Assembly: GCA_965235115.1 (NCBI GenBank) | Contig: OZ249436.1 | Span: 3,102,001 to 3,166,000 of the forward strand | Source of the DNA: Laetmonice hystrix | Taxonomy: Eukaryota | DNA length: 64,000 bases | Reading direction: 5' to 3' | Shown here: positions 1 through 64,000 of the stretch, in pieces | Position numbering within the stretch: position 1 is the first letter of the stretch | Layout: every line of letters starts with the position of its first letter | Notes under the pieces: model-generated | What the model was told of the DNA's origin: nothing | Database searches by the model: none | Seen by the model: the letters and a program-made list of their open reading frames with translations, nothing else | Translations under genes and position numbers: made by a program

Positions 1-1001
1 TGTTGACAGAAATTGATAATAACCAACGATTCTGAATATGGTCGACTTGAAAAGAAATAACATCTTGCAAAATTGGTCTAGAGTTTGACTGGGAAAGCCT
101 TGTTGCTCCCCCTACTTTGCAAAATTGGTTGCATTCTTCGGATCTTTTGAATTATGGTGATTTTTTCTAGTAAAGAAATGATAGGGTCGACCTTAGAAAG
201 CTTCAGTGGTAACTAAAATTTCTTGGATGTATTAAGTCAGAATTCGTAACGCCAACAGTTCAACCCAGTGACATTCTCACTTCGGCTGTCTCTACATGTC
301 ATCCGTTTAGCAGAACAAGCAGTGGTGGTTTTATATTGCAATTGGAGTAAAGGTAGATTTTGAAAAATAATAGGTGAAAACTCAGAAAAAAATCATTCAA
401 ATTAAAGGAGAATGGTTGTAAGTTCTTTGAATCCTGAGACAGGATGATCTCAGCAAGGTGGCGTCCTGCTGGTGCCAAGGTCATTGCCCTGGAGTCGTTG
501 ACCTTGAGGAATGGACCAGTCAGGTTATGTGTAGACCAACTAACAGTCCGCAGAGGATGAACTGTCTTATATTAAGACTTTCAGTTATCTTTTCATTTTT
601 GTGAATTACTGCAGTATGTACGGTACACCTATTAGTATTACTGACTCATTCAGGGAAGCCACTTTTTCAGCTAAAAATGAAACGGATCTTTTTTATTCAC
701 CATACATAAATTCACTTTTCCCAGAGTCACCTTAAAATATCACGCATGCGTGCATAAGTGAAAACGGAGGTACATGTGTATATTCCGTTGAATCACTTGA
801 CTTTTTGATATTTCCGAAGAAACCCCCTAGTTCCCGTAGCATGCGGTTTCTTAAGGTCGTGATGTAGCCAGCTACAAACCAGGAACTTATAAATTAAACA
901 TCGAGTAAATGTACTGAACAGATAGGCTTCCACAAGAGGAAGGACATGATTGCGTGTAAAGTTTTCAGCGCTCGTTTTTAACCAGTTCCTTACTTTACCA
1001 G

Positions 1002-1139
1002 AACTGTTCAGACGGGGTACCAAGCACAGAGAAATGTTAGACGTCATGTCCCAGGATAAACTCCTGAAGGTTCCCTGGTGCCCTCATGGAAGAGTGCCCA
1101 CTGACATTTTCTTCAAACCCCCAGCGGGATATCAAGAAG
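1002..1139 (+). CDS. Candidate internal exon of unidentified product (LFRRGTKHREMLDVMSQDKLLKVPWCPHGRVPTDIFFKPPAGYQE), phase 1-1
   Basis: Strong acceptor ttccttactttaccag| and donor aag|gtatgt; 138 nt; only one of three frames is open. No family recognised. Confidence 0.45.
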
Positions 1140-1165
1140 GTATGTGGAGTCAGTACAACACCCGC

Positions 1166-1539
1166 ATAATCCTGGGACACAGATGTAAGACTTGTAGGTA
1201 TTGTTGGGATCTATACATGAGGCAAACATAATGCTGGGGCACAGATGTAAGACTTGTAGGTATTGTTGGGATCTATACATGAGGCAAACATAATCCTGGG
1301 ACACAGATGTAAGACTTGTAGGTATTGTTGGGATCTATACATGAGGCAAACATAATGCTGGGGCACAGATGTAAGACTTGTAGGTATTGTTGGGATCTAT
1401 ACATGAGGCAAACATAATCCTGGGGCACGGATGTAAGACTTGTAGGTATTGTTGGGATCTATACATGAGGCAAACATAATCCTGGGACACAGATGTAAGA
1501 CTTGTAGGTATTGTTGGGATCTATACATGAGGCAAACAT
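1166..1539. repeat. Minisatellite, 62-bp unit, ~6 copies
   Basis: Unit cctgggacacagatgtaagacttgtaggtattgttgggatctatacatgaggcaaacataat. Confidence 0.95.
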
Positions 1540-3050
1540 CTGGGCAGTTTGTGGCGGGTCACAGGGGGGTACCAGTATGAACCCAACCACCCCCTCTGAG
1601 AACCCGCCGGGGCTAGGTGCCTACAGCAGCCGGCTATGCGTGTTTGCTCTGCTGGCTGGAGTTGTGAAGCCAAGTCTACAGGGACATCGGGCTCTGACAG
1701 AAATTGACCGTGCCCTAACTATGCCGATTGCTATGTACGCTCCACTGTCAGCTGGAATCCCATGGCGGGTCAGCCGGCCTGATGGATGTCCCTTCACGTG
1801 TCAGTACCCTGCCGACATCAAGAACCGCCACTCATGATCATCAGGAGTCGGTCCCAATTATCGCCCGCCATGGCCAGCTGGGGAGGCGGCCACTGCGGCC
1901 ACTGCGGCCAGGGCAGACATGCCCTCAGAACGGGTCGCCATGGCCAGCTGGGGAGGCGGCCATGGCAGACCTGCCCTCAGAACTGTAAGGGGTCGATCCC
2001 TCCAGCTTTAATCACCATGACATTTGATGAGATATGGGAGGCAACAGTTCCACAGCTGAGTTTTCAAACCCCACGTATGTTGTGATCCTGGCCTGGGTCC
2101 AGGCAGGAGTGGAAGGAGAGAGGGAAGGGGAGGGGAGGGAGGATTTTAGACCTTAGAACTTCAGTCAGGGGAGCCCGGCACTAATAAAGAGGACCAGCAT
2201 TCTGAGATTGAGACAGGCAGAAGGGAGGCATGAATGGCTTCGATCAGGAGCACTCTTTCTCTATATAACTGAGCTCATCAGTAAATACTGAATTTTATGT
2301 ATTTATTTTAATTTCTCTGTCGGGGATTTATTATCTTGTTTTGAGGTTTAGAGAAATAAGAGGGATCATTGGCTGCAGACAAATATTCTCAATGAAGTCG
2401 AGATGTTTGTAGGATTTTTTTACACAGGTTTTGGAAGGTTTTATGACTCCATTCCCCATGTCGTTTGGAATGTTCCTCATCTTGTTTGCAGACTGCAGAA
2501 GATGCGATTTAGAAATATCGTTTTGATTCTGTCATCGGGAGTCAGAAATGTCGGATTTATCTCTGATTATGATAGTAGTAGGGTGATTGATGTGTTTGTG
2601 ACGTAGCTCATTGTGACGTCATCATGATGCAGACACAGAGCACGGACACGGGAGGATCCGGACAGTACAACACAAGGAATCACCAAGACGAATTCCCTGG
2701 GAACCTTAAACCAGAGAATGTCGGTTCTCTGATCAGCTCGTCGCTGCCCTCCCTCTCCATGTAAACATGTTTACATACCTCGCCTCAATGTGCTAGATCA
2801 GGAGGAAGAAAAATTGGATTTCTTGACTGGGACTGGGTGCCATGAGCTGTGGGTATGTAGGTCATGACCCCGGGGGCGGAAGGCCCCCTATCTGACCACA
2901 GCAATTGGCAGGTGCCACAGGTTATCAATAATAGAAAATTATGTTAGAAATATGGGTACGCCAGAGGGATCGATCAAATCGTTAAAAAAGGGAAAACCCT
3001 TTTGATTGAAGATGTTTTTCAGCCGTGCATGATTCTCATAGATGTATTTG

Positions 3051-3308
3051 GCCGAGTGGTCTAAGGTGTCGGCTCCATCATGACACCTAGGACCATCGCC
3101 TCACACCGCTGCGACCCGGGTTCGATTCCCGGCCTGGGCTGCATGTGTGAAAGGTTTGTCAGTCAGTTCCTTCCCGAAGGTCGGTGGTTTCCTCCGGGTA
3201 CTCCGGTTTCCTCCACCAAGAAAAACTGACTTTCATCTCATCTTCACCGCCGTGATATGACCCTGGCTGTTGCAAGGCGTAAAACCCCAAATACCCACCC
3301 ACCCACCC
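3051..3308 (+). mobile_element. tRNA-derived SINE with V-SINE-like core and (ACCC)n tail
   Basis: A-box-like ggccgagtgg, B-box ggttcgattcc and core ggtttcctccgggtactccggtttcctcc; perfect 14-bp TSD catagatgtatttg at 3037-3050 and 3309-3322. Confidence 0.85.
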
Positions 3309-4007
3309 CATAGATGTATTTGACATGTATATAACGACGTTTAGAAAAGTTATAATTTAGAAAGCTAAATTTCCGTCAATGAGTCTTTCGTTTCTATACC
3401 TTGTAAGGTGTAGTTCATCCAGCAACAGCTTGGACACATCGGTTAGCTGCCGTAAGTAAATGGAAACCTCAGGGTCCTCAATCCGATTAATCCATGCTGA
3501 ACAAAATGAAGGATGCAAGATTTTAAGTGTAATGTAATTGTTTCTCAGATTGGGTGACGTGACTCAAATCGGTGTGGTAACTGTTAGACCAGGAACGAAA
3601 ACATGCAATTATTGAAGCGTTTAATAACGTAATTTGCATGATTAGGTTCGGTTTGCGACGTTTAAATGAGACGCTGGCGTCCTGGAAATCTCCGTGAAAT
3701 GAAAGGAGACGATGTGAGGCCCCACTTCATTGACTGCCCACGCTGGCCCTGTCTAGATGTTATTTTATAATCTCATTATTCATGTTAGCCAGTCTGAATG
3801 GACAACTTGTCATGAGTCGACAATTAAAACATGTTGACTAACGTGTGTAGCAGTGAGTACGAGGGTGCTGAGTCAATCCACCGACACTAGGTGTTCGGTT
3901 TTCTCGGAGTGGAAGTACCAAGTCATTGTAGCAAGGGCTGAGCGGCAGGTCCGGTATCTCAATACATAATACTGATAGCATCGGATATCCGCAAACTGGT
4001 TTCAAGG

Positions 4008-4119
4008 TCGATCCAAGGTCACATTGACCTCGATCCAAGGTCACACTAACCTCGATCCAAGGTCACACTGACCTCGATCCAAGGTCACACTGACCTCGAT
4101 CCAAGGTCACATTGACCTT
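4008..4119. repeat. Minisatellite, 22-bp unit, ~5 copies
   Basis: Unit tcgatccaaggtcacactgacc. Confidence 0.9.
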
Positions 4120-5526
4120 GCGATTACGGTAGTACATGTTTCAAGGATTCGTTCAAAGGTAGTCACCTCCTCCTACATGTGCTACTAGAAGTGTCATTTT
4201 GCCAATAACACTTCTCCAAGTATTGGCTTGTAGAGAGGATTGTGGGATACAATTATATATCTTAGTGTAATCTATGGTGTAATGAAGGAGCAAATTCAGA
4301 TGTCTGTACTCGAATGTACTTGAAAACATCTAACTGTGAATAGGAAGGGTGTACAGATCAAGTTGACTTTGTTACAAGAATTTGGATTACGATTTCTGTC
4401 CCTCAGTCTGACCTTCATGTCCCTCAGTCATACTGTGGGGTAAATGAACGCTTAAGTACTTCCAAAGGTACCCGTGTATACTGGGGTATTGTGAAAAATT
4501 GAAGAATTTATTATTTGTCAAATCTTGTATTGTCAAATGTTATCATTCCCTTTTTTGTTGCTGTTTTTTGTGTTTTCCTTTTCAGCATATATATTAGACT
4601 CTCTAAAGTGCACCTTTCCATAGAGGGAACACGATTTTACAGTGATAATTTTATGTAAAAAAGTAACTTGGTCAGTATAATGGTACCAGTCGCCAGTAGG
4701 AGTGGATGAGAGTTAAAGTCATCCAGATTCAAAATTTATTACTGTTACATGTGTATCACTAACCGTATGGTATAGCGTGTCAAATTATTATATTTTTTAT
4801 GGATAGACGTAAAGTGGACTAGGTGCATTTCATAATTGAATTGTCATAGTCTCCAAAAAGTGAAATGTGCACGAAAGATTCTGTTTCAGCTGTCTGCCAG
4901 CATGCCTGTATCCCTCCCGCTAACAAACTGGCATGACCATTGTTTACAACAAACAGTACAAATCCCCCATAACAATTGTCCTTTGCTGTGCAAGCTCACT
5001 TCGATAGTGATAATATTTGATAATTGATGTTGATTTGTTGAGGTGGTTTCTATTTGATCTTTGAAGCCATGTTTGTGCTAGCACACCCTGTCTGGTTGGA
5101 ATATTAATCAGTCTTTATTGAGTAGTCCGCTGAACATTTATAGTTCTATTTTCATGTTGGTACTACTTTAGTCATGTCATTGTAGCTGTTTTTCTCCATC
5201 AATATATATATATATATATGTCGGAAAACTGTTGACATATTTTTGTCTTGTATATTTTTTGTGTAGTTCCTATAGGAACCTTTTGGTATTGTACAAGGAA
5301 ATTTAGTCCAAATTATTTAATATTTTCTTATGTTTATTTTTGTGATATCTTCAGAGAAGATCAAAAATTTTAAAGCTGCATTTTGTTGTCGCAGTTTTGT
5401 AGCACACATTTTCAGTATGCTAAGAATTTTGCGAAAAGGGTTAATTTCCAATCTAGCCAGTGGTGGCGCTGGAAGTTGCACTGAGTGGCTGGCGTCTAAC
5501 CGACTCCTGCTTTCTGTATGCTGCAG

Positions 5527-58163
<52,637 letters not shown>

Positions 58164-58382
58164 GTGACCGTCGCCTCGAGGGGAGAATGGTCCGAGACTC
58201 ACTTGATAAACCCCAGCCAAACGACAGTCCACCCTGTCACCCGGGGGGAGGGGAGGAGTTTTCTGGTCTTATTGTAGCTTTACGTTAAAAAGGAGAAAAG
58301 GTTATTGTAAGGGCCTTTCTAACTTACAGGTAGAGAACTCCCATAGTCAGAAACTGCACAAAATGTAATGGAAACAGGACCT

Positions 58383-58388
58383 AATAAA
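58383..58388 (+). promoter_or_regulatory. Candidate polyadenylation signal
   Basis: AATAAA 220 nt after the Efa6 stop codon. Confidence 0.3.
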
Positions 58389-58475
58389 TGAAACCAGGAC
58401 CTAATAACCAGGGGGTTGAAATGTATTGGGGGGGGGGGGTCCTACACTAAACCTTTCAATACTAGGCCACGTGGG

Positions 58476-59834
58476 CAGACAGGCAGAGAAAGGGTTAACC
58501 GGGTCATAGTGGTTGGTATATTGGGCGGGGACAGACAGGCAGAGAAAGGGTTAACCGGGTCATAGTGGTTGGTATATCGGGCGGGGACAGACAGGCAGAG
58601 AAAGGGTTAACTGGGCCCAAGTGGTTGGTATATCGGGCGGGGACAGACAGGCAGAGAAAGGGTTAACTGGGCCCAAGTGGTTGGTATATCGGGCGGGGAC
58701 AGACAGGCAGAGAAAGGGTTAACCGGGTCCAAGTGGTTGGTATATCGGGCGGGGACAGACAGGCAGAGAAAGGGTTAACTGGGCCCAAGTGGTTGGTATA
58801 TCGTGCGGGGACAGACACAGAGAAAGGGTTAACTGGGCCCAAGTGGTTGGTATATCAGGTGGGGACAGACACAGAGAAAGGGTTAACTGGGCCCAAGTAC
58901 CGTATATGTCCTATTTGCCGCGCACCTCCTATTTGCCGCGCACCCTAGCATTTTTTAAAACCCAATGTGTTTGTCAGGGGTGGAAATTTGGGAAAACTCA
59001 TATTGGGGACCTATTTGGAAAGAAAATGCCCCCTTAACGTTAAAATAATTCATTTGCCGCGCACCCCCCTTCTGCACACGCGCATGCGCGGCAAATAGGA
59101 CATATACGGTAGTTGGTATATCAGGCGGGGACAGACAGGCAGAGAAAGGGTTAACTGGGCCCAAGTGGTTGGTATATCGGGCGGGGACAGACACAGAGAA
59201 AGGGTTAACTGGGCCCAAGTGGTTGGTATATCGGGCGGGGACAGACAGGCAGAGAAAGGGTTAACTGGGCCCAAGTGGTTGGTATATCGGGCGGGGACAG
59301 ACACAGAGAAATGGTTAACTGGGCCCAAGTAGTTGGTATATCGGGTGGGGACAGACACAGAGAAAGGGTTAACCGGGTCCAAGTGGTTGGTATATCGGGC
59401 GGGGACAGACAGGCAGAGAAAGGGTTAACTGGGCCCAAGTGGTTGGTATATCGGGCGGGGACAGACAGGCAGAGAAAGGGTTAACCGGGTCCAAGGGGTT
59501 GGTATATCGGGCGGGGACAGACAGGCAGAGAAAGGGTTAACTGGGCCCAAGTGGTTGGTATATCGGGCGGGGACAGACAGGCAGAGAAAGGGTTAACTGG
59601 GCCCAAGTGGTTGGTATATCGGGCGGGGACAGACAGGCAGAGAAAGGGTTAACCGGGTCCAAGGGGTTGGTATATCGGGCGGGGACAGACAGGCAGAGAA
59701 AGGGTTAACTGGGCCCAAGTGGTTGGTATATCGGGCGGGGACAGACAGGCAGAGAAAGGGTTAACCGGGTCATAGTGGTTGGTATATCGGGTGGGGACAG
59801 ACACGCAGAGAAAGGGTTAACTGGGTCCAAGTGG
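58476..59834. repeat. Minisatellite, 56/52-bp unit, ~20 copies, interrupted by a MITE
   Basis: Unit acagacaggcagagaaagggttaactgggcccaagtggttggtatatcgggcgggg. Confidence 0.95.
58900..59109. mobile_element. Tc1/mariner-superfamily (Tc2/pogo-like CCGTA termini) MITE with TA TSD
   Basis: ta|ccgtatatgtcctatttgccgcgca ... tgcgcggcaaataggacatatacgg|ta, inserted in a minisatellite unit. Confidence 0.85.
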
Positions 59835-62165
59835 GTGGAGACAGAGGAGGGCTAAGTTCACATGAACACCTCAGGCACAAGTCTCAAAGTTCAGTTCAAA
59901 TCAGGCATAAGAGTCCGATTTTTTTACTCGAAATTCCCATATTTTTTTCATTCAAATTATGAAAATCTAGGGTACTTGACTCTATTTGCTCACCAGACAG
60001 AGGCTTGCCCCTTGATCCGAAGGGGGTCTCGCCATTCTCCATGTCCCTGGGAATTGTCAGATTCCCCCCCCCCCCAGTCACTAAGGCCAGGTTAATGGAA
60101 TTTGGAGATACATACACAGTATATGACATTCTCCTCGTCTTTGAAGTCAAACCAACTTGGTAAAATCTTTGAGGTCTGGTCATCTCGTATTCAGTCAGAG
60201 TAGGGGTGACAGGGTTCTGAACGTTTGTTGGCTCTTTGATTTCGATTTCACAAGAATATTACCTTGCGGAAGTGCAAGTCAATATTCTTGATACAGTGTA
60301 AATCATGTTTCTTATTTTGTTCATTTTGGATGAAAATGTATAGAAAGAAAGACAAGTCTTGCATTTACTCGTTGTACATAAGTTATGTATGTATGTATAC
60401 ATGTATGTATGGAAGCCTGAGTCTCTCCCACAGATTACCTACCCTCTGTCAGGTCCGTGGGAAACATTATGTAATAATATATCCACATATAGGAAGAGAA
60501 CGGGGGTGATTTTTGTCTTTGTTTTTACCATCAAGATGTTTTATACAAATGAAGTTAAGATCTTTAGAGAAAGGCCGGTGGGGAGAAACCAAGTGTAGAA
60601 ATAAGGCTCTATTTATTTGTATTAGTGACTCGATCGTCATAAAGTATGATATACAGGAGTCACTCTCCTCCAGAGGAGGGGAAGAAGACGTCTCGACCTC
60701 CTGGTCATGTCCTTGACCTTTAGTTGACACCTTTCCTTGCCTGAAGCCCAGGAGATATCACCTCACATTCCTAGCATGTACAAATGCTTTCAGTGACGCC
60801 TCTGTTTAAGTTATCAGAAAGCTTTCCCGTTTGCCAAGCCATCAGACATTTTAATGATATTGCAGTTTTTAAATGGGGCAGGATCAGTGAAATGGGAGAA
60901 TTGAACGTGTACTTGGCAGACGAAACCGTGGGAATTTTTAATGACGTGTGGACAGGAAGGGTTTAAAGTAAAGCATTGCATGTATCTTTAAATATCAAGG
61001 AGGGTACGAAAGTTTTTATTATGCACCTCACAAGGTGCAGTCAATTTTGATAATCAGTTGAAACACTGTTATCTGTTATGGCGTAATTATTGTGGGATAA
61101 TCTATCACTATGTAATGTACCGTTAAAGGTATAAATCCTGAAAGCAAGGTTTCTAACTAAATATTAAGAATCTCTCTCTTCAAACAGGTACCGGTACCTT
61201 TTTTTTTATCAGTCAACTAAAATTTTAGCTTATATTTATAAATGTTAAATAATGTTAATGTTGAGATGTTTTTATATGCCCACTACTAAAAGCAAAAACC
61301 ACACAAACAATTTATTGTTGGTGAGACTGCTAAATATTTTTCATCACAGTGGCAACTTGACTGTTACATCTTACTGTTATTGATATTTTGCATCTAAGGA
61401 ATCTAATATTAGGACACTATTAGGTGATTTTAATTCGCATGTAGATATGCCCTTATCGATATACAGAACCATCTAGTCGATGCTGTGGGGGGAAAATTAT
61501 ATATAAAAAATCATATGAAGACATAAAACACTGCACTCACTGCTAAGGGAGGCCGATGATTTATTTCAAAAAATGTAAAATTTATATTTATAACGAAACA
61601 CTGAAACATAATATAATGAGGTTGTGCTTCAAATGCATGCAAAATATCCAACCTAGATGAAAAATTCTACACAAATATAATAGGCTAAACAATTTGATTA
61701 TGTGGTTTGGAGCTTGTAAAGATTTCTTTCCATAACCTTGTCCGGTCCTTGCTGTTTGAAACATTTTGGAATCTTTCCTTACAAGGTTTAGAGTTCCAAT
61801 ATGTTATCGATATATGAATAACAAGACAGACAACTTGAGCATGAACAAAGTTACACACTGGGCTCATAATCTGCCTCTAGACCCAATATATTTGTTTTAA
61901 GGTTTAAAGATTTCACACTCAACAGAAGTTAACGTTCATAAGGTAGATCTCGAGAAACGTACAGTTTTACATTGGTCAGATGGCAGATTGTGATTCCAAC
62001 ATTTGTGTGAGGAGTCTTAGAATGTATCGCATGGTTTGTGGATTGAAAAAAAGAGAGAACAGAAACTATTGCTCCATTTGTCATACACACACACACGGGA
62101 TGAAATACCAGAGTAACAAGTGAACAGTGAAGACTTCACCAAGATAATTGTGTACAAATATTGCT

Positions 62166-62424
62166 GAACAAGGTATGAATGAACCCATGTAAGTGTACAA
62201 ACCATCTCAACATGCTAACTCCACCAAGTTTATCATATTATTTGTGTACACATAGTGATAAACAAGGTATGAATGAACCCATGTAAGTGTACAAACCATC
62301 TCACCATGCTAACTCCACCAAGTTTATCATATTATTTGTGTACACATAGTGATAAACAAGGTATGAATGAACCCATGTAAGTGTACAAACCATCTCACCA
62401 TGCTAACTCCACCAAGTTTATCAT
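62166..62424. repeat. Tandem repeat, ~94-bp unit, ~2.7 copies
   Basis: aacaaggtatgaatgaacccatgtaagtgtacaaaccatctc occurs three times. Confidence 0.9.
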
Positions 62425-62807
62425 TACTCCGGTATTATTACCAAGATCTAGTTGTTGGTACAGACAGTATAATTTTGGTGGAGCTACCATGGACGTGAAA
62501 GTGGAAAGATTACCTTTATAAAGTTTGTGACTGAGTGCATGAGTGTGGGTGTGTTTGGGAGACGGGCATGTGGGTGGGTATGTTTGGGAGACGGGCATGA
62601 GTGTGGGTGTGTTTGGGAGACGGGACTCTCCGGAACTTCTGACGATATACACAGTCTGGTTTTATTTTAGATGTGCTAGGTTCGCCTAAATCTCTCTTGA
62701 TATCTGTGCTGGTCACTTTTCTCAAACACTGCAAACAAGATGAACCTTTGACAAAAAAAGGAACCCTTCCTCGCCTTCTCGATTACCTGGGGCACAGTCT
62801 GTGTAAC

Positions 62808-62845
62808 CAACGAGTATAGAATAAATTATTATTCTATACTCGTTG
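62808..62845. mobile_element. 38-bp palindromic mini-element with 7-bp TSD
   Basis: 17-bp perfect arms caacgagtatagaataa / ttattctatactcgttg; gtgtaac at 62801-62807 and 62846-62852. Confidence 0.7.
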
Positions 62846-64000
62846 GTGTAACATAGACTGCTCTGCGTGAATCAGGAGTGGACAAATTTTCATGCCAAAA
62901 CAAACTTTCGCTCATTGCTTCTTTTTACCTTGTCCACATGCCTAGACGGAACCTGAAATGGACAAGGCTGTCCCTGATCTAGACTCCAAAATCTCTTCTT
63001 GCTTTTCAACGTAAGCAGTTTTGGTGCGTTTGTTCCAGTCCCCTTGCATGGGTAGATACACGATTAGGATATGAGACCTGGGAATTGATAATGATATTCT
63101 CGGAATCGTAAAGTTCAGATCATTTTAAGGAAATGAGAACAAAATGAGACCAAGCACAGCAGTGTTCTTTTTCAGCTTGAAATTTGACATTTTTGTTCAC
63201 CGTGAATAGATTTGGTTTGATTTAATCAAGTTATATTTTCATCCTCTCTAGAATTGATTACTTAAACTGGTTTAGCAGCCCTCCCTGTACATATCCAATG
63301 TTATATGAGATTGACAACTAGTCAAGACTAACACCTGTCAAACTATAGCAACAGGGGAAAAAGTCAACACGATAGTTTTAACCTTTGTATATGCAAGCCG
63401 CAGGAGGCTATTTGTATAAAAACGACATATTGTCTTGCCACTGACTGACGTGTTGCCTGTTGTTATTGCCTTGTGTTAACCCATCGTTTGCTGGGTACAG
63501 GTTAGAGACCAAACTATGATGAGAAACCTCCGACCCAGTGGTGAGTGGCTCGAGCCCTAAGTATCGTATATTATATATACTAGTGCAGTGTTTGTTCAAT
63601 CATCCATTAAGTTTAGTACTGGTAGTTGTTGGTGTTCAATCATTGCCGTGCGGCACTGTTCTAACACACAAACACTTGTCAATAATACATTGTCAATTCC
63701 AGAGGATTTTTTCTGTTTTATTATCAATTGCTTTTATGATTCACGTGGGGCTTGCAGACAAATTTTCAACTCTTTGCATTTTGTCTATTCTTGGTACTTG
63801 GGATCTCTCTCTCTCTCAAAAAAAAAAAAACAAAAAAAAAACGAAAAAAATTATTTCTCCAAACACTTGAGAGGGTTCAATCCTAAATTCTTTGTATTCT
63901 ACACAAACACTGCAGCCAAATTTTACTGCCCCTTTGAGTATACGTCACAGCAACACTAACTTTCCACTCAGATCTTCGAGGAGTCCCCCCCCCCTCTGAC

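Noticed and set aside
2403..2606. GFG...PHVVWNV as the missing PDZ start
   Set aside because: The spacing and the rest of the sequence do not fit a PDZ, and I found no suitable phase-0 donor.
3051..3140. tRNA gene
   Set aside because: It has A/B boxes but continues into a SINE body and is flanked by a TSD; there is no complete cloverleaf.

Overview
This is animal (bilaterian invertebrate-type) genomic DNA, not prokaryotic. It is dominated by one + strand multi-exon gene, an Efa6/PSD-family ARF6 guanine-nucleotide exchange factor. Twelve GT-AG exons between 5527 and 58163 splice in frame into 1481 codons plus a stop: the C-terminal half of a PDZ domain, a 2959-nt exon encoding a disordered region (MTED microtubule-elimination motif, SxIP motifs), then Sec7, PH and coiled-coil regions. 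I did not find the start codon or the first half of the PDZ in the window. About a third of the window (roughly 20 kb by hand tally) is more than 30 mutually unrelated minisatellite arrays with 13-133 bp units. There is also a tRNA-derived SINE and several MITE-like elements with readable TIRs and TSDs. The most unusual observation is that two arrays have amplified the gene's own splice sites: six tandem copies of the acceptor of the giant exon and 15 tandem copies of a Sec7-exon donor. In each case only the exon-proximal copy preserves the ORF. Candidate alternative first exons and unassigned upstream exons are flagged as lower-confidence inferences. There are no CRISPR arrays, rRNA or intact tRNA genes, and most long ORFs in the track are repeat artefacts.
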